Shown: positions 37,812 through 49,529 of the stretch, piece after piece | Layout: every line of letters begins with the position of its first letter | How positions within the stretch are numbered: the first letter of the stretch is position 1 | Origin: Phoronis australis | Taxonomy: Eukaryota > Animalia > Phoronida | DNA: 64,000 nt | Direction of reading: 5' to 3' | NCBI GenBank assembly: GCA_002633005.1 | Contig: NMRA01000595.1 | Coordinates: 173,367 to 237,366 of the forward strand | The notes under the pieces: model-generated | Database searches by the model: none | Seen by the model: only the letters and a program-made list of their open reading frames with translations | Told to the model about the DNA's origin: nothing | Program-made: the position numbers and the translations under genes

Positions 37812-40620
37812 GGCAGCAACTATCCAACAATTCTGCTATGACTGTACCTCTCTCCTAATGGAATATGATGTTAAGCGTCAGAAAACGATTCCGAACTTGG
37901 GCATAATAGAATGAGTACAACAACTGGGTGAGTTAAATTGCGCAGACAACAACAAGGAATGACTTCCCAGACTCTCAAAAATCAACTGAATACATGGGTT
38001 TGCGAAACTTGGCACATCTAGATCCCAAATTTAAATTTTGGCAATGAACCATTGACTGGGTGGTGGGCATTTGAAATGACCAAAATAGCTACATTTTCAG
38101 ATCTGTAAAATCGGCCCAATCAAACTTTAAACTGCACTAATATTTGAAAAGGAGATATTATAATGTTAACTTTTCACATTTTAGACTTTAAACCAGTAAA
38201 CTGAAGTCATCTAAAAGTGGGAAATTCTATGAACTTTCATGTTCACACGACCATTCGACCTGTTCAATGATACTTAAATAAAATTAAAATCAGTAATTCA
38301 CGACCCTGGTTTATAACTTAGTCCATGAATTTACGGCCACATCTAAGTTTCACTAATAGGTATGCGTGTAAAAGGTATGGAAACAACGAAATAGTTCTTC
38401 ATATTATCATTCCCACATGAATAATTAGCACTGTGCTTAAACTGAATAATGATGCCGATTAAAACATCATCTTGATTTACTCCATAGTCGAACAAATGCT
38501 TCACCACATCGACGTGGCCATTCATTAAAGTCCTTCTCTCAAACTGTCCATGTGGTTCCAGTATCCGAAAATACTTACTACATAAATTCTTATTTTCGAC
38601 ACCCTTTCTTTATATTCTTTTCGCCTTTCTTGCCAAAAGCGATTTTTTAACAGTATTTGACCCTTCTCTATGAGCATATGATTACCGGTTGTCATCGGTT
38701 ATTTCCGTACCCACATTTCCGGCTCATCAGTTCAGGAACTTGTCCTGAACGCCGCCATTTTTTCCTTGTAACTGAATGTGCTATGGCTTGCTCGAAAAGT
38801 CTTTATTATTTCGTTTTATTAGTAATATATCGTGATTCGTTTGCATATGTAGTGTATTTATAGTTTGTAGTTAGTGGTCGTTGAATTTTTGGAATGTTAC
38901 GCGTACTTAGTATGTTAAAATAGCATTGGTGTTTAGTTCCTTACGTAGGCCGGTCGAACCTAGGAACCAATATGGGTCGAACCAATTTTTTTCGGTTTTA
39001 TTTTTTCCTCGTTTTGAAAAAGTACTTTGCTATCATCGGAAAGGTAGTACATTGTACTCAGTAAAAATCGAAAAAGTATCAAAATCGGGGAAAGCACTGT
39101 AAAGTTATTGCAAGTTTTGTGGCGAAATTTGGGTCACTTTGTTGGATCGCGTCGGCCATATTGGAGGACAGCGGGATAAGTTACGAGTTTAAAACTTTGT
39201 GTAAATTGTTTTCGCCAACAAATTACGGTGAAATTTAGTTAGACATATCTTTACTTACTATTCTGCACGATTTAACAGTGTTCACCAAATTTCAGCCTCG
39301 CAGTTGTTACTCATTAAGTGATATGTGCTCAAAATTCCCGTTGGACAACATGGCGACTTTTGCTGAACTGAAAGGTATGTTCAATCGGCTACTTTGTAAT
39401 TTGTGAAGATTTAACGTTGATACATTTTGACAAACGTTGCTACAAAAAAGAAACTTTGTTCAATTTTCGTGTTTTTTGTGCAAAAATATAAGATATATTC
39501 GAATTATTTCAGGTTATCAAGTCAACAATTTGAACAATCTTAATTTGAGAAATAAGCTATGTTGGATTGTGAGGCTTCAAGCCTCTAATTCTTGTTCCTT
39601 GCAACTTCATATTTTTTTAAGCGATGCTTGTCAAATTCTGGTGAAAGGAAACACTATTCCGTCACCATGGTAATAGTTACATGTATGTCCACTTTCATAT
39701 CATGGAAACTGTTGCTGTTGTGTTGGACTTGTCATACTTAAAGATAGTAAAAGATGGACATTCTCAAAAATTCCAGCCCCCCATTCTTTTAGGCTTGGTG
39801 CGCAAATACAAAGTCTGGGAAAATCTCTATTGAAAGCCAACAACTTTGCACAGTTCGTACCCAAGTTCTAAATAAACCTCGTTTGAGCGAGCGCTGTGGC
39901 CAGGGACCAGTTAGCAGCAACTATCCAACAATTCTGCTATGACTGTACCTCTCTCCTAATGGAATTTGAAGGGAAACTTTAATGAGAGTGAGAAAATGAT
40001 GTCAGAATTTGCGCATGTTAGACTGATTACAACAACAGGGTGAGTCTCATTGTGTAGGAAATAATTCTCAGACTCTTAAATATGAACTGAATACAAGGGT
40101 GTGACAAACTTGGCACATCTAGATCCCAAATTAGTTTAAATTTCGTCAATGAACCATGGTCTGGTTGGAAGGCATTGGAAATAACCAAATAGCTACATTT
40201 TCAGATCTGTAAAATTGGCCCAATCAAATTTTTAGTATTAGAAAAAGAGACATCTCAATGTCAATTTTATATTTTTTAGAGTTTCAACCAGTAAACTGAA
40301 GTCATTTAAATGTGGGGGAATTCTATGAACTTTCGAGTTCACGCGACCATTTGACCTGTTCAATGATACTAAAATAAAAGGGAGATGAATAATTTACGTC
40401 CCTGGTTTATAAACTTGGCCATGAATTTACGACCACAGCTAATTTTAACTCACAGTTATGCATGCAAAAGGTATATATTACAACGAAATTGTTCTAAATA
40501 TAATTCCCACATGAGTAATTAGCACTGTGCTTAATTTGAACAATGATGCCGATTAAAACATCATTCACATTTAGTCCATAGTCCAATAATAGGTTCACCA
40601 CATCGATGTGATCATTCGTT
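37812..40620. repeat. Older diverged direct duplication (~37812-38525 vs ~39913-40620)
   Basis: Both copies begin gcagcaactatccaacaattctgctatgactgtacctctctcctaatggaat, stay colinear for ~700 bp and end in an ankyrin relic. Confidence 0.85.
38462..38525 (-). pseudogene. 5'-truncated ankyrin exon relic
   Basis: MNGHVDVVKHLFDYGVNQDDV. The first half of the repeat and the acceptor are missing, and the donor-equivalent position reads TTAATC. Confidence 0.65.
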
Positions 40621-40646
40621 GAGGTGTAGAGAGGTGGTGCTCTTTT
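40557..40646 (-). pseudogene. Decayed ankyrin exon related to exon C
   Basis: KRAPPLYTSTNDHIDVVNLLLDYGLNVNDV. The acceptor-equivalent cacag reads cactg and the donor-equivalent gtaatc reads ttaatc. Confidence 0.65.
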
Positions 40647-40722
40647 CAGTGACTGGGATTTGTTGTCTTCGTAGACAAATGCTAACGCATCATGGCAAAC
40701 TTCACGTGACAATCAACGAATA

Positions 40723-40893
40723 AATATAGATTATTACATGGCGAAGTCGTTATCCTCCGTTATCTAGAGCCCGAGTGGATTTTGGAGAAATATCGCCCGA
40801 GGGGCGTTAGCCCCGAGGGTGATAATTCTCCAAAATCCACTCGGGCTCTAGATAACGGGGGATAACGGCTGAGAACATGTAATAATCTATTTA
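40723..40893. repeat. Long palindrome (hairpin MITE-like), ~170 bp
   Basis: Arms atagattattacatg...cgttatctagagcccgagtggattttggagaa and their reverse complement around a ggggcgttagcccc centre. Confidence 0.85.
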
Positions 40894-42927
40894 TACCACA
40901 TACTAAACGAGAAACATTGCAATGAATCGATTTACCTTTTCTGACTCTCCACGGCTTTGTAACTACTTTCTATGTCAGAGGCCCGGGGTCGGAGGTCGTG
41001 ACCTTTTAAGAAAAGCCCGGCTATTTTTGTCAAATAATGCTTTTACTCAAAACCAATTGAAAACTTAAATATTATAGAAATAAATTGAATTTATAAATTA
41101 AGGTTTACCAACTATTATAGCTTAAAACACGTTTTTTTCACGCTAAGCTTCGATCGGGAAATTATCGTCTGCTAAAGTAGGTTACCACTGGTAACTGAAC
41201 CTAATTCTCAAGTCAAAGATCCTGACGAGACGATACCCGCATTCAAACTAGAGATCGGTGATTTACAAGTAAGAGGACATGAGAGAAAAATTTCACCGAA
41301 TTAAGATATCATTTTTATGGAAATTATGTGTCTTATTTTTCGTAGCGTATAAGTACAGTACAATGTGGTTTGTTGAACGTGCGATTATTGCGCGTGCTCA
41401 TTTAAGTATTCTATTTTCAATCTTGATGACGTCAGTCGCTGCGTGGTGTAGTGGTAAAGCCGGCTCTGTACTGGGAGTAACTAAGAGACCGGACAAACAT
41501 TTTAAAGTCTGTACAGGTGACTGTGGATGTCACGGTGACGGTGGTTTAGAAACAATCGAGAGTGGCCTGTAAACGCTTAGGGGCTCTAACATTCTTTCAT
41601 TGTTCATACTTTCACAAAGTGGAAGTTTAAAAGCGGCTCATCAACTGACTTTTCGCCCCCAGACGTTAGGTTTCAAAATGGTTACCATTCATTGTGTTCA
41701 TTCCTTCTCGCTTCTCTGTGGCAGAAATATTTCTTTATAATCATCGATTAATTTGGGAGGCTCCGCCAAGCCCCCTTTGGACGCCTATGAAAATGCATTA
41801 TGCATCTAGGGAAGATTGACCTGGTAATTATTAAATTAAATGTGTATTTCTCACCTCAAACATTAGAGCGGAATAGAAATGCTGATTTGCAGCTTTATAG
41901 ACATTATTTTTAAAAGTTCACTGAATGGTTTGAATGACCTGACTAGTGTATATAACTGTCCGAGCAGTTACTTTTTAAATTGAGCGGAAGCCTATAATGT
42001 AGCTACAAGTAACAACTGACTTGACACATTCAGATATATTTAACGTAAAACAAGGGAATCGTGTTGTGATTCACAGGACAGGGCTGGTGTTCCCACGTTG
42101 CTGCACTCATCTAGCAAATAGGGAACTATAAGATGTTGAAGTTGACTAAAGTATAAGAGATATCCGTCTAAACGCCAAGCTCACAAAGTTTGCACGTTAC
42201 ACCTCGCACTCATGATATTACGCCCCAGTCCACCCATGCAGTTTTATTTATGAAGCTGTCACTGAGTAAAAAGACTGACCAGTGTGTGCGATCAACTCTG
42301 CATAATAGCATCAACATCGACTTCCCAGAAATTCCACTCACTAAAAACTTGTCGACACATTATGACTGCATGGCCCAGGAAGTCATCTCCTTCAAGCCGT
42401 GTCAGATGACTTTGACTGCTTTTTACCTGTCGACACAACATTTGGCATAATACTGTCAGGCTGACCACTCTTTCCCACCAATTTCCAGCACCACCAAGTC
42501 ATGGGACAGTTCAAACTGTGCCACTGGATGTTGAGTTCCCTGTCACCCTTCTAGGCACCCAGTCTTCTGTGGCAATGTGAGCGTGAGCTATCCCCAGATG
42601 AAAAATTGTCTCTCAGTGCATGGTCAAAATCTGAGATCGTGCGCACAAGGCACGGTCAAAATCTTGAAGTAAGTTATTATTCATTAGCGGCACGAGGAGT
42701 AAGTCACAGTTTTAGTTTCGGCAAGTCTCACTAACTTGAAAGTGCCACCTCTTCTGCAGGCCCACAGGAAGGCAAAAATTACTGGGTGGCGGGGGGCAAA
42801 AACCCTTTTCTACTTCGCCAAACAACCCCCGCCCATCGCCACCACCTCCGCCACCCCACCGTCGCCCCGTGTTTCCGGTGCCACTATTATTTGTACCGAA
42901 TCTCCCACGTCCGCATAGGTGGGGGCA

Positions 42928-43080
42928 CAGTGGCGGATTTAAGGGTGGCGAAGGGGCCACGCCCCCTAAAGTTCTACCAGATTCCATTTGGCAGCTTGGG
43001 GGGGACGAATTTCTGACGGGTAAAACCCTGGCTAATACTCTGCCCTGTCCCCCCAAATCAAAATCCTGGATCCGCCCCTA
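42928..43080. mobile_element. Short GC-rich MITE-like element
   Basis: Ends CAGTGGCGGATT ... GATCCGCCCCTA form an imperfect TIR. No TSD seen. Confidence 0.45.
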
Positions 43081-46000
43081 TGACAACCCCGGGAATGAAG
43101 CCATCAAGAGTTGAGTAACCGTGAACCAACTCGGAGAGTAAGAATGGGCCTAGGACCAGTATACGAACCGGTAGCTAGGAGCTGCCTCAAGTAGCTACAA
43201 CTGAGATCTAATAGTGTGTAGATTCGAAATTCCCGATGAACTAAAGGTAGTTGCTGCATGGTCAGCTCAGCTGTGTTTCAATTGAGACCGGCAGCTCGTA
43301 CCGGCCGTCAAGATTTGTTTTATTGTGATCCGGTTTCGGGAAAACTTTATTTTATTATGGTCATTCTTTGAAGGAGTTTTTTTTGAAAAGGTGAGATCCC
43401 GAAGTCACTGGTATAGTGCCTTTGGGGCTGTTTCAAAATGCGTAGTTGAAACAGGACCGGTACTCCCTTTTTCTGGTGGCTGGGGAAAATGATAGTGTGT
43501 CCCAAAATGTACACACTTCCTGAATGCCTGGAGTTCAAATACAGTTCCCATGGACCATGAGATTCTGCGATGGCCAACTGCATGGTTGCATCTTATCTTT
43601 AACGTTTGTACGTCAGTCATAACGTGCACGCAAATAAGGACAAGCAATCAATTCTGTTTTGAAGAACAAAAATTAATTGCTCAGTACTACTGGAAACGAA
43701 AGACACCAACTGAGGATGTGCAAACGCAACGTTTCCAAGCAATGAAATTAATTTTATTTATTTAAGTATTTTTAAAACGTTTTTCTAGCTACGGCTTATG
43801 AGTCTGAATTTCATCAATGTCTTTGAGAGTTATTTTAGATATGCAAAAATCTTCTATAAGTGTACTTTACTATTTGCGGATCGGATTATAGAGTTTTTCC
43901 AACTTCAGGCTGCAATTAAATTCACTGAAACATCGTCAATTCTTACAAAATTACCTTCTAATTGTCAAAAATCATTCACGAATCTATCGATTTTTGTAGC
44001 TACACTGTACATAAACAAGTAAATCAGAAACCAACGGATTTGTTTATCAAATCGGAATGTTTTTGCAATTTCGGTAAGCATGCTTGCAGACTTTTGACGG
44101 GTACCAGGGGGAGTATGGGGGATGCGGTATTAAGGTGTATTTTTGCTCATTTCAAAGGTACCTATAACGGTTCACGAGGTAAACTTGAATTCCACTGACA
44201 CAAAACGCTGAAATCTTTTTGTATGATTGCGAGAGTTCTTTGAGTACCCCCGTTCGACATGTAAACGGTCATCACAAATAGTAGCCTAGACAGCAGTGCT
44301 TTCCACATGTGTGAATTCCTTACTAACAACTCATAGTTAGTAACCCTATTCAAAAGAGATACTACTCTTGTGATACTATAGGAAACAGTAACATCATCTT
44401 ATAAGTAACTGCAGGAAATAGTCCTTTTGCGTAATTCACAAATAGTTGTCTTCACGTTCTTCAAAATTCCACCCTTTCGATGTTATTTGTCAGGTCATCA
44501 TTTTTTCTCAAGTGATACATGTATGCAGTTTCGAGAAAAAAATAAAGTTAAAGTTGTCTCCATTATCCCTTGCCAGAGAGGGGCACATGGAAAAATGTAG
44601 TTTTTCAATCGCAAAATTGACTTATTGAATTTAAAAGTCCGGTAAATCAGTACGCCCCCCCAAATTCACCACTGGTCTTCTTTTATCTAGTCTCGGGATT
44701 TTGAGTTTGCGATTGTGTTATGCAGTGCTAAAAGGAAGGTTTAATGTTGCTGTCAATTATCAAAACAAATTGAAGATAAATGGCAATTTTAATCACTTAA
44801 AGAAAGGACAATCAACTAGATAACGAAACTGGTGAAAATTAAGGAAAATGTCACTTTTTTAAGGTAAGGGAAAACGTAAATGAAATAGGCAATAGTTAAA
44901 GAAAATCGCATCTACGTGAGAGAAACTCTTAATTAATTAAAACTCAGAATAGTATCATTCGATAGAATAATAATGTTAAAGTATCTCGATTGTATCCATG
45001 TGTGTGTCAAAAGCTTTTATTACTGTTTAAAGAGCAACTTTACCGTTTTTTGAATGTTTCTTTGGTCAACACGGCAAAATATAAAAAAAAACACAATGTA
45101 GGTCTTGTTTGTTGATTTTGGTTTTGAAAACTGACGGAAACAGTGTGCTTATGTTGGATTTAATGGCCTTTTTGGATTCCTGTGCCATATCAAAGATATG
45201 AGAGGCGTTTCGGTACTGTTTTTACCCCGGTCGTTATACAAAAAATCGGCAATGGCAGCACTAATTTGCATAAAAAACGTACGAGAGACATTTTTTCGGC
45301 TTGTTAACATCGTTTTTCTGGTTTCACGCATATTTTCCTTCATAAAAATTCAGCTTAGAAGTTGAAGTCCGGGGGGTGCACGGAAGGCCATTTTTCGACT
45401 AGACTAATACACACGCATGTCATTAAAAATTTGATCTGTTGTCTCTCCAAGTCAATAATGACTAACAAAATGAGCACGTAGTCAGGAGGAGAAGGCTTAC
45501 GCTTCATTTCACAGTCGACGGGATTTTTATATTGTACCACGTCTTTTTGGTCAAACATTACATGATCGTAGATAGAATATTCAAGTGACAAAGAATACCG
45601 TGGCCTGTGCAGCTGTGGAAACAATTGGGGATTGTACCATATACAAATGTAGTACAAAAACTGAGTATGGCCCCAAACCGGTTTTTAAAAGCAATACCTT
45701 GCAACCGTTTTTTAATTATCTTTCAAAAGAATTCACCTTTTCTAAAAGCACCCCGTACCACAAATTTTGATATCAAAAAGTTGACGAGACATTATGAAAT
45801 ATATTTTGTTGTTGAAACCCTTGAAAAATCAAGCAAACGTCAAGACTTCTACAGTTGTGTAGTGCAGTCAAACTGAAACGAAAACGAGAAAAGCAGCGGC
45901 GGCTTTTGTGATAGAGATTGTCAAAAATGATCGTTTTCATTTTGCATCATGCATCAAATAAAATCTTTAATCCTGGGTGGGAAAGTCCCAAAGTCGAGGG

Positions 46001-46791
46001 TACTTGCATTGTCTTACAATAACCGTGAGAAATCCTAATCGGTGTCAAATTGAAACAAAAGTGAGAAAAACAATGGCAGCTTTTGTGATAGGGATTGTCA
46101 AAAAAGATCACAGCAGAACTTAAAGAGATGGCATCATACATCAAACGAATAAAACTTAAGACAATAGAATGGGTTTTGCATGATGTCTCTTATGAATAAA
46201 ACAATATGTCCTTTTGATACGATCGAGTGATGGTATTTTAACCACTTCTTTATCTTATTGTAAATATTGACATTATTTATGTAGATCGATGTAAATAAAG
46301 TGAAAGTGTAATACTATGTGACTTAGTGTATGAAAGTGCTTCCCCCTCCCATTTCCTCTATCCGTATTTTGTAATAATCTCATCTTAATTGCAAGCATAA
46401 TCAATATGAGTTATTTTCAAAATACCTATTTGTTTTGTACGATGTACTGTTGCTTACGTTGTAAGGATACCTAACTAGGGCCACCCAACCCCAGCTATAT
46501 TCACTAATTATAATTGATAATATGATTACTGCGTAAATGAATGTATTAAATGAGAAAAGAAATCACCTATTTTTTAATCCTACAGTTGGTTTACCCTTTT
46601 TGACTTTTAAAAATGCAACAAACCCAATTTTAAGGCTTAATTGGTAAATTGCTAAATATTACTGGAATGTTTATTCCATGGCCTATCTACATTTGCAACA
46701 TTTTACGTCACGTGTTCAATACATGGACAAAGTTATATTCTGTCATTGTAAGTTCATTATGTTGCACATTTGAAATACTAGTCATACTTAC

Positions 46792-46869
46792 ATGGTAATT
46801 GACATGCACACCTTGCCTCAGCAACCATCGAACTTCATCAACTTCACCTCCTCCTACAGCCCTGAACAA
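46792..46869 (-). CDS. Ankyrin N-cap exon (not in the ORF track)
   Basis: 78 nt, phase 0-0, acceptor tgttacag, perfect donor GTAAGT. LFRAVGGGEVDEVRWLLRQGVHVNYH resembles the N-cap pattern [24 protein letters not shown]. Confidence 0.82.
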
Positions 46870-47558
46870 CTGTAACAATAAAGACATGATTCATCAAAGA
46901 ACACACGCTACAATTTTCAATTTCTATATGAAGCTTGCGTGTCCTTACTACGCTAGTCTATTTAAGCAAGGCTAGTGATCTTTGTACAGTACACGAAATA
47001 TTTTTTACTTTTATAGTTACTTCAGTGACAATTCAAGGTAAGAGTCAAGGCTTACTATTCTGTGCATTAAGAAGACACAACTACATGCAAGTTCTCTAAA
47101 TCTCTGTCACAAATATTGTGTTTTTCTATTACTTTACTCATACTATGAGTTCCTCGTTTACTTATGTTATGTAGTATTTGAGCTCATATTTCAATGAAAA
47201 TAAAGAGCCAACTATTTACGACTTTATTTTGCACTGAAATACAGTAAAATCAATTTTGAGTACTCGAATTTTAATCCAAATGGATTAACTTTGTGTTATT
47301 GTGAATTAGTGATGGCCTGCACAGCTGTATCCCCAGGCCTTTTTCCTCAAAACGTCTTTCAATCCAGTCAGGTCGCCACTTCACGTGCAAAGTAAAATGA
47401 AATAGAACCTAAAAACTGCGCAACGTTGTGACATCACAAGATACCATGGGACCCGCAAATGTTCATCAACTTCGCAGCCCACTATTGTGAATTGATGGCT
47501 CGTCTCTTGCGGTCCTGATTTCGATAGACTTAACTAGGAGATGGTTGGTGAAACTTAC

Positions 47559-47612
47559 CCACCAGCGTAACCAAAGCCTGATAGGTCGGAATGACGTTTT
47601 TAGGACTACCAT
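47559..47612 (-). CDS. Candidate first coding exon of the ankyrin-protease gene
   Basis: ATG plus 17 codons (MVVLKTSFRPIRLWLRWW) ending at a phase 0 GTAAGT donor, compatible with the N-cap exon. No homology support. Confidence 0.3.
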
Positions 47613-48968
47613 GGAAGTTTGCACGCTCAAAATTTTGGTCGGCGTGCCCTCGCGACAGCTTAATTGGCATGCAGTGTCATCACTTCTCTTTAAAATTTTG
47701 CCACTAAATTTGCCACCCCTTCAAATCTCAGTAATTGCCACCGGGTCTCATTGCCTTAACAATCAGTGGAGCACCACTGATAAGATAAGTGAGTTCCGTC
47801 CGAGGCAGCACCTCGGTAGATGGGCTGGGCACCGACGCCGGGAGAGAGCGGTGCACTCGAAAATTGTCAAGATTGGCACAAACATTTCACCAACAAGGAG
47901 ACGTGAAGCGACGCAAAGTTGGTGGTGACCATGGAGAGGAACACTGTTGTCTTCCACCCGGGGTGGCGATAGAGAGCTTCTGATCACCCTTTGTTAGCTT
48001 GGTAAAAATTATTCAGACTCATCCGAGCAAAAATGGGGAGTGTGCCCTTGTTTATTTGCCTTCATTTCACATCGCCAAGTAGGGAAAGTCAGGGCGTAAA
48101 AATTCCAGGACACGTATTAGCAAATTTTAAAAACAATCCTAAACATCATTTTCACCCTGCAGGAAAAAATCAAGACCAAAGTTTATGAATTTAGGACCTA
48201 GAATTTATCACGTCTAATCTGTAATTGATCAAGCAAGGACCCAAAATGTAACAAGTCAGGACAGAAAATTTAATACCTCAAGACAGAAAATTAAAAACAC
48301 CAGAAAGGTTTCTTGCCAGGAGACCACGTGACCATCCATAATCATTGATCAAAGGCATAACGTTGGCACTTGGTAAAGGAGAGCTAAGAGTTCTATTTTT
48401 GTCCTGGCGGGATTAATTTTCAGCTGCGGTTTGATAAGTTTCCGGTCTTAAAGAGTTAAATTTTGGTCCTAGGCTGACCTGAGAAATTATAGGGTCCTGG
48501 CGTGATAAATTAAGGTTTTGAGTAAGGCTTTTGGTCCGCAGCGATTTTAATTGACGAATAAAAAATATTTGTCTTGGAATTTTGTCCGCTTTTGCTTTCC
48601 ATAGCCAATAGCCATTGTTCAAGATTGGCTGATAACCTAGTGCTGCTATACCGAGTCAGAATATCTGCATGAGTAAATTATAACCGTACTTGTTAGTTAG
48701 TGCAGAAACCACAATAACTTGCAGGATTCAAGTAAATGAAATGCAAACTTTCTAGTTTTTCTCCCAATAAGAAATTGATAAAATATCTCTGTTACACAGT
48801 AAGGTAAGATGGAAATGGGGAGGAAAAAGCACAAAAAACGAAAATCTCAAAATGGAGGATTCACAATAATTTCGTTTTCAAAAAGATTTTGAACTCTCGT
48901 CAATGCCATTGCGACCTAAACGTTGAAATCAAATTACCATGCTCCCACATATTTGTCTTGGAATTGGT

Positions 48969-49529
48969 TAGGGGAGACCGGGGCTAGTTGGGCCCCGGGG
49001 CTAGTTGGGCCATCGCCCCAAACTCTGCTATTACATGTGCACTTTCAGCCTCAGTCATTTTGAGCAATCATGCGACTTGTACCACTACACTAAAACCACG
49101 CTGGTTGAAGGCGGAGTATTTTTCTTGATCTGACAGGCAACGATTGGATTTTAACCCAGGTGAGCAAATTTTGGAGCTTCACTCGATTCAGTGCTGGCCA
49201 TAAGCGGCCGTGAGCAGTGATGTAAAAATGTTTTGTTCGTGGGTTTTAACAACAGCTTACTCTACAAGACAGGCCATCTGTTTCATCAGATTCCTCAGTG
49301 ATTGATGAGGTAATCACGTGTGTATCATTTAGAGCTGTGGGGCAAGTTGGGCCCTTTGACATGGGGCTAGTACATGTATGGCCAGGGTCCGAACTTGCTC
49401 CGTTCACTTTACTTGATATATCATCAATAAATGGGTTTTTTAGGAAATTTAATGAGTAGTATTAGACCGGCAGCCCAGAGCACTTAGCACCGATGAAGAA
49501 AGGGGTCGAACAAGCCCCGGTTTCCCCTA
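48969..49529. mobile_element. MITE with GGGGAGACCGGGG termini
   Basis: TAGGGGAGACCGGGGCTAGTT vs AACAAGCCCCGGTTTCCCCTA, plus internal ggggctagttgggcc repeats. Confidence 0.7.

Noticed and set aside
41436-41500. tRNA/SINE A-box-like TGGTGTAGTGG
   Set aside because: No B box and no cloverleaf.
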